A stretch of 64,000 bases of DNA from Octopus sinensis (lineage: Eukaryota), in contig NC_043004.1 in assembly GCF_006345805.1 (NCBI RefSeq), positions 70,742,001-70,806,000 of the forward strand, in the 5' to 3' direction. Below, one piece after another: positions 13,101 through 25,600 of the stretch; position 1 is the first letter of the stretch; each line of letters begins with the position of its first letter. The notes under the pieces are model-generated. The model did not search any database and was not told the origin of the DNA. It worked only from the letters and a program-made list of their open reading frames with translations. A program made the position numbers and the translations under genes.

Positions 13101-14612
13101 CCACAGTTTGCTCATGACTGGCATAGAGCAATGCTCCACAACTGGTGTGTCACAAGACAATGCTAGGTATGCTGCTGTGTAACCTGGTGCCACAGTGTAG
13201 CCTAAATATAATTTTTTTTTCTCTATACTTTTAGTTCGGGTGTGCTGCCGAATTTTGAAAAAAATAAAAAGTGTACCACAAATGAAAAAAGGCTGTGGAA
13301 CACTAGCATGGTGACCAAACAACAGCTTTCACAGTTACTAAGTGCAGCTCCTGAGATAATATTAAGTTTCAGTTTTAACATCCTACTAGCTGGATTTTAA
13401 AGAATTAACTGTAAAAATGAAAACTCAATAAAAGCCTTCAGTGGTTAGAGATGAATTAATCACTGAAATCTCAAAGCTACAAGATGCTGCATAGTTCATT
13501 CAAAATAATGTGAATAAATACAGCCTTATATTTGACAGAGTAATCTGAATACTAAAAGCTTAAGTGAAAACAGAGAAAAGAAACAATGAAGATGGGGTAA
13601 TGTCCATTAGCTACATTATTTCATAAAATTATAAAAGATGGGGTAATATTGATTAGCTACATTAAGGCAGCAAGCTGGCAGAAACGTAAGCATGCTGGGC
13701 GAAATGCTTAACATTATTTCATCTGTCTTTATGCTCTGAGTTCAAATTCCGCTGAGGTCGACTTTGCTTTTCATCCTTTCAGGTTCGATAAATTAAGTAC
13801 CAGTTGCATACTGGTGTCAATCTAATCGACTTCACCCACCCCTCCCCCAAAATTTCGTGCTTTGTGCCTAGTGTCGAAAAGAATATTAATTAGCTACATT
13901 ATTTCATAAAAAGTTGGTAGTTAACATGTAGTGAATAGGAAGTGAATATGTAGTGAACCGTGGATGAATAGGTAGGAAACAGATATACTTACCTCAGCCT
14001 GTTGGTATTTTTCTAGCTTGATGTAAAGATAGGCAAGAGTTATCTGAATCTCAATGTTGCTGCTTTCCGTCTAAAACAAGAGAATGCATGTATACAGTTA
14101 TGAGAATTTATGTAAGTGTGAGTGTTAATGGAAATTGTAGTTGTGATACCAGTGCCGGTGGCACATAAAAAGAACCATCCGAACGTGGCCGTTGCCAGCA
14201 CGCCTCGACTGGCCTCCATGCCGGTAGCACATAAAAAGCACCAACCGATCATGGCCATTGCCAGCCTTGCCTGGCACGTAAAAAGCACCAACTACACTCG
14301 CGGAGTGGTTGGCACTAGGAAGGGCATCGAGCTGTAGAAACACTGCCAGATCAGACTGGGCCTGGTGCAGCCTCCTGGCTTCCCAGATCCCCGGTTGAAA
14401 CGTCCAACCCATGCTAGCATGGAAAACAGACGTTAAACAATGATGATGATGATGTATAGGGACGAGAAGGCAAAACATTTAGACACTTAAGCGATACAAA
14501 TATGGGACAATGAAACATCCAGATACACGATACAAAGAAAACAAGGACGGGTCATTCGAAGTTTGCTTTCCTCAGTCAAGTACCAGATTATCTTCACAAT
14601 TTCAGCTGATTA

Positions 14613-14646
<34 letters not shown>

Positions 14647-16019
14647 TACATTACATCCATACTAGTGGAGCGCTAAGAGTACCATCCGAGCATGATCGTT
14701 GCCAGAGCAACAAACTGGCTTCTGTGCCAACGGCACGTAAGAGGCATCATTCATACATGATCATTACCTGTGTCGCCTGGTGGCATGTGAAAAACATTCA
14801 AGTAAGGTCATTGCCAGTGCCGCTGGACTGGCTCCTGTCCAGGTGGCACATAAAAAGCACCATTTGAGCGTGACCATTGCCAGTACTGCCTGACAGGCCC
14901 TTGTTCCACGTAAAAGCACCCACTACACTCTCGGAGTGGTTGGCATTAGGAAAGGCATCCAGCTGTAGAAACTCTACCAGATCAGATTGGAGCCTGGTGC
15001 AGCCATCTGGTTTGCCAGACCTCAGTCAAATCGTCCAACCCATGCTAGCATGGAAAGCAGACGTTAAACAATGATGATGATACATATATACATATATGCA
15101 TGTGTGGGATTCACAACCTAACTCTCTTGGAATTATACATATATAAATGCACACACACACACACACAACGAGCTTCCTTCAGTTTCCATCTACCAAATCC
15201 ACTTACAAAGCTTGGATTGGCCAAAAGCTATGGTAGAAGATAGTTGCAGAAGGTGTCCTGCAGCAAGACTTAATCCAGAACCATGTGTTTGGGAAGCAAG
15301 TTTCTAATCACACAGCTACAGTTGTGTGTACATACATACACACACAAACAGGCTTCCACACAGTTTCCCTCTACTAAATTCCCTCGTAAAGCATTAGCTG
15401 GCCCAGGGCTACAGCAGAAAACACTTGCCCAAGGTGCTGTGCAGTAGGACTGAACCCAAAACCTTACAGTTGCAAGGCGAACTTCTTAACCACACAGCCA
15501 TCCCAGTACGCATAAATTAGCCATTTGCATCAGTAATAACACATGTACATATGTATATTTAAAGATGTATGCATGTGCCAAATGTATAAACAATTGCTAT
15601 TGAATCAGTAATAATATGTACACACACACACACACATCCATTCATTATGTGTATGTAATCAACTGTTACTGCATCGGTAATAATCGTTGAAGGGAATCAA
15701 TATTATGGCAACAAGGGAAATTCGGTCAAGGTTTTCCAATAAATCTCACAATGTATAAATGTATGTAAGAATGCATGTGTGTGCATATGTGTGTGTGTGT
15801 GTGTATGGAAGGTGTATATGTATCTACATACTTTTGGATGTATGTGTGCAAGTGTGTGTGTGTATGTGTGTGTGTGTGCGTGTGTGTGTGACATTGTGTC
15901 TGTACTTCTATTTGCATGTATTCATTTGTGTGTCTGTCTTTGTGTAATGAGTGGCTTCAGGTATGTGTGATCCATTATATGTGCATTTGTGTGTGTGTGT
16001 GTAGAGAGAGAGAGAGAAA

Positions 16020-16055
<36 letters not shown>

Positions 16056-18536
16056 AACAGATAGAAACAGGTATGTAATTAGACAGATATAAGATATGAA
16101 GATATAGAAGTATTACACATAAGGAGGAAAGAGAATGAGAGAAATAGATACATAGTCAGAGAGATATATAACATGAAGATAGAGAAATATTAGATATTAG
16201 AAAGCATTTGCCCAGGGTGCCACACAGTGGGACTGAACCCAGAACCATATAGTTGGGAAGCAAATATATTACTACACAGCCACATTTGTGCCTATACCTA
16301 GGATTGTATTATCTCATGTGTCCCTTCCATTTTTTAAGTCAGCAAAATGTAATTTAAAGGATTTAGGCTGCTGTTTCCCGGTTTCTTTATGTTCACTTAT
16401 GATTCTGGGTGGCTTCTGAAGGTTTGTACGAACAGGTGGCATTTGTTTCAGATTTTGCTAACAAAATTCTTGCTTTTTCTCTCTCTCTCTTTTTTTGTTT
16501 TTGTTTTTGATGCTTTTATTCTCTGTTTTATGCAGTTATTGCTGTTGTCCTGTTTGAATTTTTTCAACACTGGCTTCTGTGCCGGTGGCACATAAAAAGC
16601 ACCATCCGAACGTGGCCATTGCCAGCGCCACCTTGGCTGGCTCCTGTGCCGGTGGCACGTTAAAAGCTCCAACCGATCGTGGCCAATGGCGGACCCCCCT
16701 GGCACCTGTGCAGGTGGCACGTAAAAAGCACCCACTACACTCGCGGAGTGGTTGGCGTTAGGAAGGGCATCCAGCTGTAGAAATACTGCCAGATCAGACT
16801 GGAGCCTGGTGCAGCCCCTGGCTTCCCAGACCCCAGTCGAACCGTCCAACCCGTGCTAGCGCGGAAAACAGACGTTAAACGATGATGATTGGGGTCGGTT
16901 TGGGTGTTTTTTCTGTGTCAACTTTTTAACTAAAAAAAAAATCATTAATTGCACCATCTACAGTGAGATAATGGAATGAATATTTGCATATCTATTATTA
17001 ACACATCTAAGCAGGTTTTGATGCAAAATATACAGGATGCTATAGTGCACATCATAGGAGACTAACTCCTCCATTTTGCAACAACAGTCTTGACTCACTG
17101 TTGCACTGCATTCTGGGACATCAGTATTTCAACATGCTGCATCTCATCAGTTAGAAGCAGCTGGAACTCTACACCTAAACAAAGCTGCTGGCTTTGTTTT
17201 TACTTTCAGCCAATAACTTGCTTGCTGATCAGTGCTTATATGTGCCAACTGATAAAAACAAACATCATTATTTGCTCCATGTTCAGCAAGATCTGGAATG
17301 AATATTTACATTTTTCCAATTAAATATTTTGCATTTTTCCATTTGCCTACCATGATCAACTTGTCTTTTTTTCTTCTTTTTTTCTAAATCAAAATGTTTT
17401 TAAGAAATAAATTTATAATTCTAATTATGATTTTTTTTTTCTAAGGTTGGTAATGAATAGTTTGAGGAAGATTTATCTGCAATTTCTATCAACCATCTTT
17501 CTTTTATTTCACTTGTTTCAGTCTTTGAAAGATTTAGTTAAATGAATTGCCCCTAGTGTATATTTTTTTAAGTCTGGCATTTCATTTATCAGTGTCTTTT
17601 GCCGATGTAAATAAACCAACACCAGTTATCAAGCAGTGGTTGGGAACAAACACCAAGACACACACACACACACACACAGATATGTGTGTGTGTATGTGTA
17701 TGTGTCCCATGCCAGTGGAACATAAAACGCACCATTTGAGTGTGGTCATTGCCAGTGCCGCCTGACTGGCTCCCGTGCCGGTGGCATATAAGAAGCACCA
17801 TTCGAGTGTGATCGATACCAGTACCACCTGACTGGCCTCCGTGCCGGTGGCATATAAAAAACATGCACTACACTCTCAGAGTGGTTGGCATTAGGAAATC
17901 TCTGACAAAGCCTAGAGAAACACCCAAGTACCTCAATTTCATCTACTAATTACTTCAGTCTACTGGAGGGATAAAGGTAGAATGAGGCATTTTTGCCTCT
18001 AGGCTGAAACAGCTGTAAGATATTATTCCAATTTCTATTCGTGTATGTTATATATTTTAATAATTACTGATATCTTTATATATTATATATGTAAAGCATA
18101 ATATGTTATACATGTATGTATATTGTTATAATTGTCATTTTAGTAAATGAATAAATAAACTGACCTAATATATCGTCTAAAAGTTGATGACTACCACCTA
18201 CTGATCCCCTCCATTTTCTTATTGCTGTATAAATTAATGGTAAAATAACTCTTTGCCTTCACCCATTTAGTACACTCGGTAAAGTAATTGCAATGCAATA
18301 AAAAACCACTTGTGTATTAATAATTGGGTATTCTACCAAAAACAACAATGTGAGGATGTGGTACATGTAAAGTATTAGCAGTCCCTCAGGGAAGGAAAGA
18401 CAGGTGGTTTAACGTTTAGAGCAAAGCTCTTCTTCAGAAACAGAGGAAAGTCCAATAGAAAAGGAAGACGGAAGAAAAAAAAATTCGCCAACGATTCACA
18501 TGTGGTTACATTTTGAAATGTGTGCGTGTATGTGTG

Positions 18537-18570
<34 letters not shown>

Positions 18571-19321
18571 TATGGTGGGCTTCTTTCAGTTTTTGTCTAT
18601 CAAAATCCACTCACAAGGCTTTGGTTGGTTTGGGGCTATAGTAGAAGACACTTACCTAAGGTGTCTTGCAATGGGACTGAACCCAAGAACACATGGTTGG
18701 GAAGCAAGCTTCTCAACCACAGACCAACACATGAATGCATAAATAGACACACACACAAGTATGGATGTGCACAGAAACATTGATCAAGGACTTACGTCAA
18801 TCAGAAGTTTCACCATGTTGTTTAACACACCAAGGGATGTGTTTTCCAAGGACATCTTGGCCTGCAATAGGTACAGGCCAGTTGTCAACTGGTTAACAGG
18901 CACAGTTAATCGTCCAGTTTTCTTCTGAGAAGCTTTGATTCCTGAAAAATAATATATTAATTAGTTAATTATTGGACTGAGTGAAACCATACAAAGGCAG
19001 ATGTGAAACTGAATAGCTCAGCCGCCAACCTGAGATATGTTCCACACATACACATGTAAAGACATACCTATACACACACACATATGAGGTGGTGTTAAAA
19101 AGTTCCAAGACTCTCTTTTACTCTTTTACTTGTTTCAGTCATTTGACTGCGGCCATGCTGGAGCACCGCCTTTAGTCGATCAAATCGACCCCGGAACTTA
19201 TTCTTTGTAAGCCCAGTACTTATTCTATCGGTCTCTTTTGCCAAACCGCTAAGTGGCGGGGACGTAGACACACCAGCATCGGTTGTCAAGCAATGCTAGG
19301 GGGACAAACACAGACACACAA

Positions 19322-19352
<31 letters not shown>

Positions 19353-22300
19353 CATACATATATACGACAGGCTTCTTTCAGTTTCCGTCTACCAAATCCA
19401 CTCACAAGGCATTGGTCGGCCCGGGGCTATAGCAGAAGACACTTGCCCAAGATGCCACACAGTGGGACTGAACCCGCAACCATGTGGTTGGTTAGCAAGC
19501 TACTTACCACACAGCCACTCCTGCGCCTAGTTATGTTTTAGAAGAAATAACTTATTTACCTAAGTTTTAACAGCATCTCCTTCAAAATAGTCACCTTGCA
19601 CAGCAATACACCTGTCCCAGCTTTCCTACCACTTTTGGAATCCAGCCTGGAAGTCGTTTTCTATAAGTGAGTCAAGGACCTTCTGCGATTTGCTGTGGGT
19701 CTTGAAAACGGTGTTAAAACAGTGACCTTTGAGCTTCTGTCGAGAAGTCCACAGGTGCTAAATCTGGTGAATAAGGCAGGTGCAGAAGCAACACCAGGTT
19801 GTTTTTGGCAAGAAACTCAAGAGTGAGGAGATCTAGGTGCATTGTCATCATGAAGAATCCAATTCTTCAAACTCCACAGACTTGGTCACTTTTGCCAAAT
19901 GTCCTCCCTCAAACACTTCAAAACATCACAGTAGAACTCTCGATTGAAAGTCTGGTCCTGGGGAACAAACTCTTGATGCACAATAGCACATTTGCGGGGG
20001 TGACTCGTGGCAGGTCTTCCAGATCGCTCATCATCTTCCAGGGATATTCTTTCACTTTTGAAGCACCCATGCCACTCAAAACATTACATACGACCTCTCA
20101 GCATAAGCTTGCCAAAGCATGCTCAATGTCTCTGGAGCAGACTTCCCAAGTTCAACTCAGAATTTCATGTTGGCTCTTTATTCCTGTCATTGAGAAAATT
20201 GCAGGCTACAGCATACACACGTGATCGCAAAAACACAAATTTCACAACTTGCAAAGTAAACACAGTGATGTCACTCGACACACTGCCTCATGAAGGTCAC
20301 TGCTCGCTCTCACTGTGCACGCAACCATGTGCTGCCATCTGTTGGCACGCTACAGAACTAGTCAGGGGACTTTTTGGTAACACCATATTCTTTAGCACAT
20401 ACAAACTCTTAGTGATATAAGCATTCATATACATTCAAACGTAGACACAGACAAACACAACATAAATACTCTTTGTTCACACTCTTATGAAACCACCTTC
20501 TCCATCCCCATCCCCATCATGATCCTTTATTTATATCCTTTCTTATGGTCACCTTCTTGCATCTTGACAGTTCACTCTGGAGCCCCTTCACTACCATTTT
20601 CATCTTTTCAGCTACCCCATCCACCCTTATATAATGTGGGGCAGTCATGTATCTTCTCTCTCTCTCTATAGCGAGACACCTGTGCTTGTCCCTCTATCAT
20701 ATTTTAACCCCTCAACACCTGGCATAAAGCAAACCCCACCACTTCCAAATACTCACCCCCACATTTACACAAACTTAGTCGAGGATTTATTCCTGTGCTT
20801 TTCCTGTTTTGCAAGTTACTTATTGATCTCTGCATCTTCAATTCCAACATCAAGGCCATTCTTTTTTACGGGTCACTAAGTTTGGAGGGTCACCAAAGCC
20901 ATAAAGAGTAAGCTACAGACCTTTGTCAACAAATGTCTATGCTACTTCCTCAAGATCTGGTGGCTGGGTAAAGAAATGTTTGAGTGAACATGAGCAACAT
21001 GAAATGAAGCGTTTTGCCCAAGAAAAAAAATACGCAGCCCATCCAGGAATTGAAACCACAATTTCATGATCATAAGTGCAACATCCTAACCACTATGCCA
21101 CACATCATCATCATCATCATCATCGTTTAACGTCCGCTTTCCATGCTAGCATGGGTTGGACGGTTCAACTGGGGTCTGGAAAGCCCGAAGGCTGCACCAG
21201 GCCAGTCAGATGTGGCAGTGTTTCTACAGCTGGATGCCCTTCCTAACGCCAAGGATGCCCTTCCTAACACATGTTCACTAATATAGATGTAGTACTGGAC
21301 TAAACACACATGCATACAGGCACAAAGATATAGTATTGGATCTCACAGAGATAGTGATGGACAAACAGACAGAGAGACAAACATAAACAGGGAACCAGTA
21401 TAAGTAACACAAGAAGAGTGGCAAGTTTAACAGAATATCTTCAAGTAGAGGAAGAAATGGTGCAGCCAAAAGGGGGTTTGGAGGATGAAAGAGAAAGAAA
21501 GGGTATTATGGTCATATTGATGAAACATGATGGAATGAAAGCACTGCCCTCAATGTTTGAGAAATATCAGAAAATAGAAGTAGAAGAGTGAATTACTTAC
21601 CAATATTACTGGCTTTGTCAACAAGGTTTTTATCGTGGAGGTAATATAAGGACAATGACAAGTAGTAATGAGCACAGAACAACAGAGGATCTCGTTCCAG
21701 ACCTTGAAGAGGAAAAATGGAAACAGAAATATTTTAATAGTTATTCTATTTATGTTAAGGCAGTAAACTGGCAAGCATTAAAGCATTTGGTAGAATGAAT
21801 ACCTTGTAGTAATTATTCTAGTACTATCTGTACAGAGGTCAAATCATACAAACATCAGTTTCATCTTTCAACCTTTTAGGGTCAATAGAGGATTAGGCCA
21901 GGATGTTGAATTGACAGAATCATTAGAAAGTCTGATTAGATACCAGATAGCTGGTACCTATGCCAGCTATTTGCATTCCATGTTCAAATTCTACATAAGG
22001 ACCAATGGTTAAAGCTAATCACTCAACAAAAGGCGCACTCCATCCAACCAACAATTATCTTATATGGAGGCCTACAACCACCTTAGAAGCACCAAAGAAC
22101 AGCTGGCAATGGCATGTTAAGGTTTCATCCAACACTACATCAAAAGAACTCAGAACATAAAGAGCCAGAATAAATACTACAAGGCATTTGGTTTACAATA
22201 TGGCACTAACACTGCTGGCAAATTTCCCGCAAACCTCCACCAAGGCAACACCAACGTCCTCTCAATGATTAGCCAGAGATGAGTTTTAAAATGAGAATAT

Positions 22301-22571
22301 CTGAAGTAAACTTGACTGCTCTCACAAACGAGAATACTAAAAATGAACCTGATTGCTCTCAAAAATTAAGTGAAAAAATCCAGAAAAATAATCCAGAATC
22401 CTTGTCCGGTACCGGATCGATCCCAAAATCTAATCAGTTTGTGCCAGTCAGGAGGCCAAACATCCCTGAAAGTTTCATCCGAATCCATCCAGCGATTCTT
22501 GAGATATCTTGTGCATGGGTAAACAAACAAGCACAACTGAAAACAATGCCTCCACCTTCGCTAAGGTGAGG

Positions 22572-22644
<73 letters not shown>

Positions 22645-25600
22645 TGATGATGATGATAATAATAATAATGTTATCATGTACATTGTTTTGTCTTGGTATA
22701 AAAGATGGGCTACAACAAATATTCTGCTCAATACCACAGATTTGTTTGTCAGTTGTTTGACCTTAACCAGTTGAGCATATCCCTTAGTGGCTGATGATAT
22801 GTGCATCTCTGACTATGAGCAGAAGTAGTGGGAGAGCTTCATAGCCGTGTGTTGAAAGGAATTCTTGGAAGTTTGGGTAATTCACCTTTGGAAACATGGG
22901 TGGTTTGTTCAACATCCTTAAACAACCCTTATTCAGGGACCTTTTGAGTGGGATGGGCTACTCGACCAGAAGAAAATTCTAACTGGGGCCCCACTTGCAA
23001 GGTCATGCGCTGTTTATCTTGATATGAGATCACCATGTCGCGCACATATGGTTGTGATGCATGTGCCTGGTGTACCCTTATCTGATGGGTAGTCATAATG
23101 GGTATACTGGGCTTCGTATATTTTACCCCAGTGTCACTTTGATGGCATGCACTGCTCTCTCACTCAATAATAATAATAATAATAATAATGGTTTCAAATT
23201 TTGGCACAAGGCCAGCAAGTTCATTGATCCCAGTAGTCAACTGGTACTTATTTTATTGAGCCCGAAAGGATGAAAGGCAAAACCAACCTTGGAGGAATTT
23301 GAACTCAGAACACAAAGTCGGACAAAATGCTACAAAGCATTTTACCAGGTATGCTAATAATTCTGCCAGCTCATTACCCTCAATAATAATAATAATAATA
23401 ATAATAATGGTTTCTTTATTAACTACAATGGTTTACATCATAATAATAATAATAATAATGAGGAGGAGGATGAGGAGAAGAAGAAGCAGAAGAAGAAGAA
23501 GAAGTAAATTAATATGAATACAAACCTTCTCTGAAATGCTCTGTTGCCATCTTGTAGTCCTTACTGAGAATACTATACACACCACGACATATGCTTAACA
23601 CAGCTGAAGACTCATCAATAGTGGCCAGTTTTTCCATAAGTTTTTTAAAAGAATCATCAAAGCTTGGAACCAAATATCCTGTCAGATAAAAAAAAAGATA
23701 ATTTAACTTTTTCAGAAAGCAATACTTTAACAAGAAAATTATATGTAAATAGGAAAATAAAAACGAAGGGAAAAAAAGGGAAGGAAAATTTCTTCCCCAA
23801 ATCAGACCCATTTGTGGGTACCTGGTGACCTCATTGATGCTGGTGCCATGTAAAAAGTACCCAGTGCACTCTGTTAAGTGCTTGGCCAAATTAGGAAGGG
23901 CATCCAGTAGTAAAACCACACCAAAGTAGAAACAGGATGTGGTGTAGCTCTCTGGCTCATCTGTTCTTGTTGAACCATCCAACCCATGCAAGCATGGAAA
24001 AAAGGACATTAAATGATGATGATGTTGGTCTCTACAAGGATTCTTTACAAAATTGCCTGATCTACTTGAAATAGCAGCCAAATTTCATTCCAATCAAATG
24101 CTGCCATCTTAAAAAACAGAAAACACATTGAACAATCATCATCATCATCATCGTTTAACATCCGCTTTCCATGCTAGCATGGGTTGGACGATTTTGACTG
24201 AGGGCTGGCGAACCAGATGGCTGCACCACGCTCCAATCTTGATCTGGCAGAGTTTCTACAGCTGGATGCCCTTCCTAATGCCAACCACTCCGAGAGTGTA
24301 GTGGGTGCTTTTTACGTGCCACCAGCACGGGGGCCAGTCAGGCGGTACTGGTGATGACCTCGCTCGAATCATTTTACACATGCCACCGGCACAGGTGCCA
24401 TTAAGGCAACGTTGGTAACGATCAAGCTTGAATGGTACCCTTTTACATGTCACTGGCACGGAAGCCAGTTGGCTGCTCTGGCAACGATCATACTCGGATG
24501 GTGCTCTTAGCACCCTACTAGCACAGGCACAAGAGCCAGTAAGGCGACGTTGGTAACGATCACACTCAAATGGTGCCCTTTTATGTGCCACTAGCACGGA
24601 AGCTGGTTCACCACTCTGTCAAACGATCACACTTGTAAGGTGCTCTTTGCACCCCACTAGCATGGATGCCAGTCATCGAATTTGATTTGATTTCACTTGC
24701 CTCAACAGGTCTTCGTAAGCAGAGTTTAGTGACCAAAGAAGGAAAAGGTACGCATAAGCAGGCTGGTTACGCTCTTGGCATAGGCCACGAGGTGATGGTT
24801 TCATTTGGCTTGCCGGGTCTTCTCAAGCACAGCATATTTCCAAAGGTCTCGGTCGCTAGTCATTTCCTTGGTGAGGCCTAATGTTCGAAGGTCGTGCTTC
24901 ACCACTTCATCCCAGGTCTTCCTAGGTCTACCTCTTCCTCAGGTTCCTTCAACCGCTAGGGTGTGGCACTTTTTCACACAGCTATCCTCGTCCATTCTCG
25001 CCACATGACCATACCAGCACAGTCATCTCTCTTGCACACCACATCTAATGCTTCTTAGGTCCAACTTTTCTCTCAAGGTACTTATACTCTGTCTAGTATG
25101 CACACTGACATTACACATCCATCGGAGCATACTGGCTTCATTCCTTGCGAGCTTATGCATGTCCTCAGCAGTCACAGCCCATGTAGCATGGCTGTTCGTA
25201 CACAAGCGTTATACAGTCTACCTTTTACTCTGAGTGAGAGGCCCTTTGTCACCAGCAGAGGTAAGAGCTCTTTGAACCTTGCCCAAGCTATTCTTATTCT
25301 AGCAGCTACACTTTCAGCGCACCCTCCCACTACTGACTTGGTCACCTAGGTAATGGAAGCTATCAACTACTTCTAGTTTTTCTCCCTGGAATGTGGCAGA
25401 AGATGGTCTCTGCGCATTTTCAGTGTTTATTGCACCAGAGCATCTGCCACATACAAAAACTATCTTCCCAGTTAGCCTTCCTTTGATATTACTGCACCTC
25501 TTATGTGTCCATAGCTTACACTGGATACATCTTATAGAGTTTCTACCTACGCCTCTACTACAGATCGAGCAGGGCCATCTACCTGAAGGGATTTGTGGTT

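Noticed and set aside
17099-17248. 150-nt minus-strand segment with good acceptor (tttatcag) and donor (aca|gtgagt), considered as a missing SKIC3 exon
   Set aside because: It has in-frame stops, and exons 10-11-12 already join in phase 0 with continuous TTC37 similarity, so no exon is missing.
17932-18012. 81-nt minus-strand exon-like segment with one in-frame TAA (considered for stop recoding by editing)
   Set aside because: Not needed for the gene model, no convincing similarity, weak donor.
23509-24081. 190-aa minus-strand ORF
   Set aside because: Read-through of an RTE 3' end and intron into exon 8.
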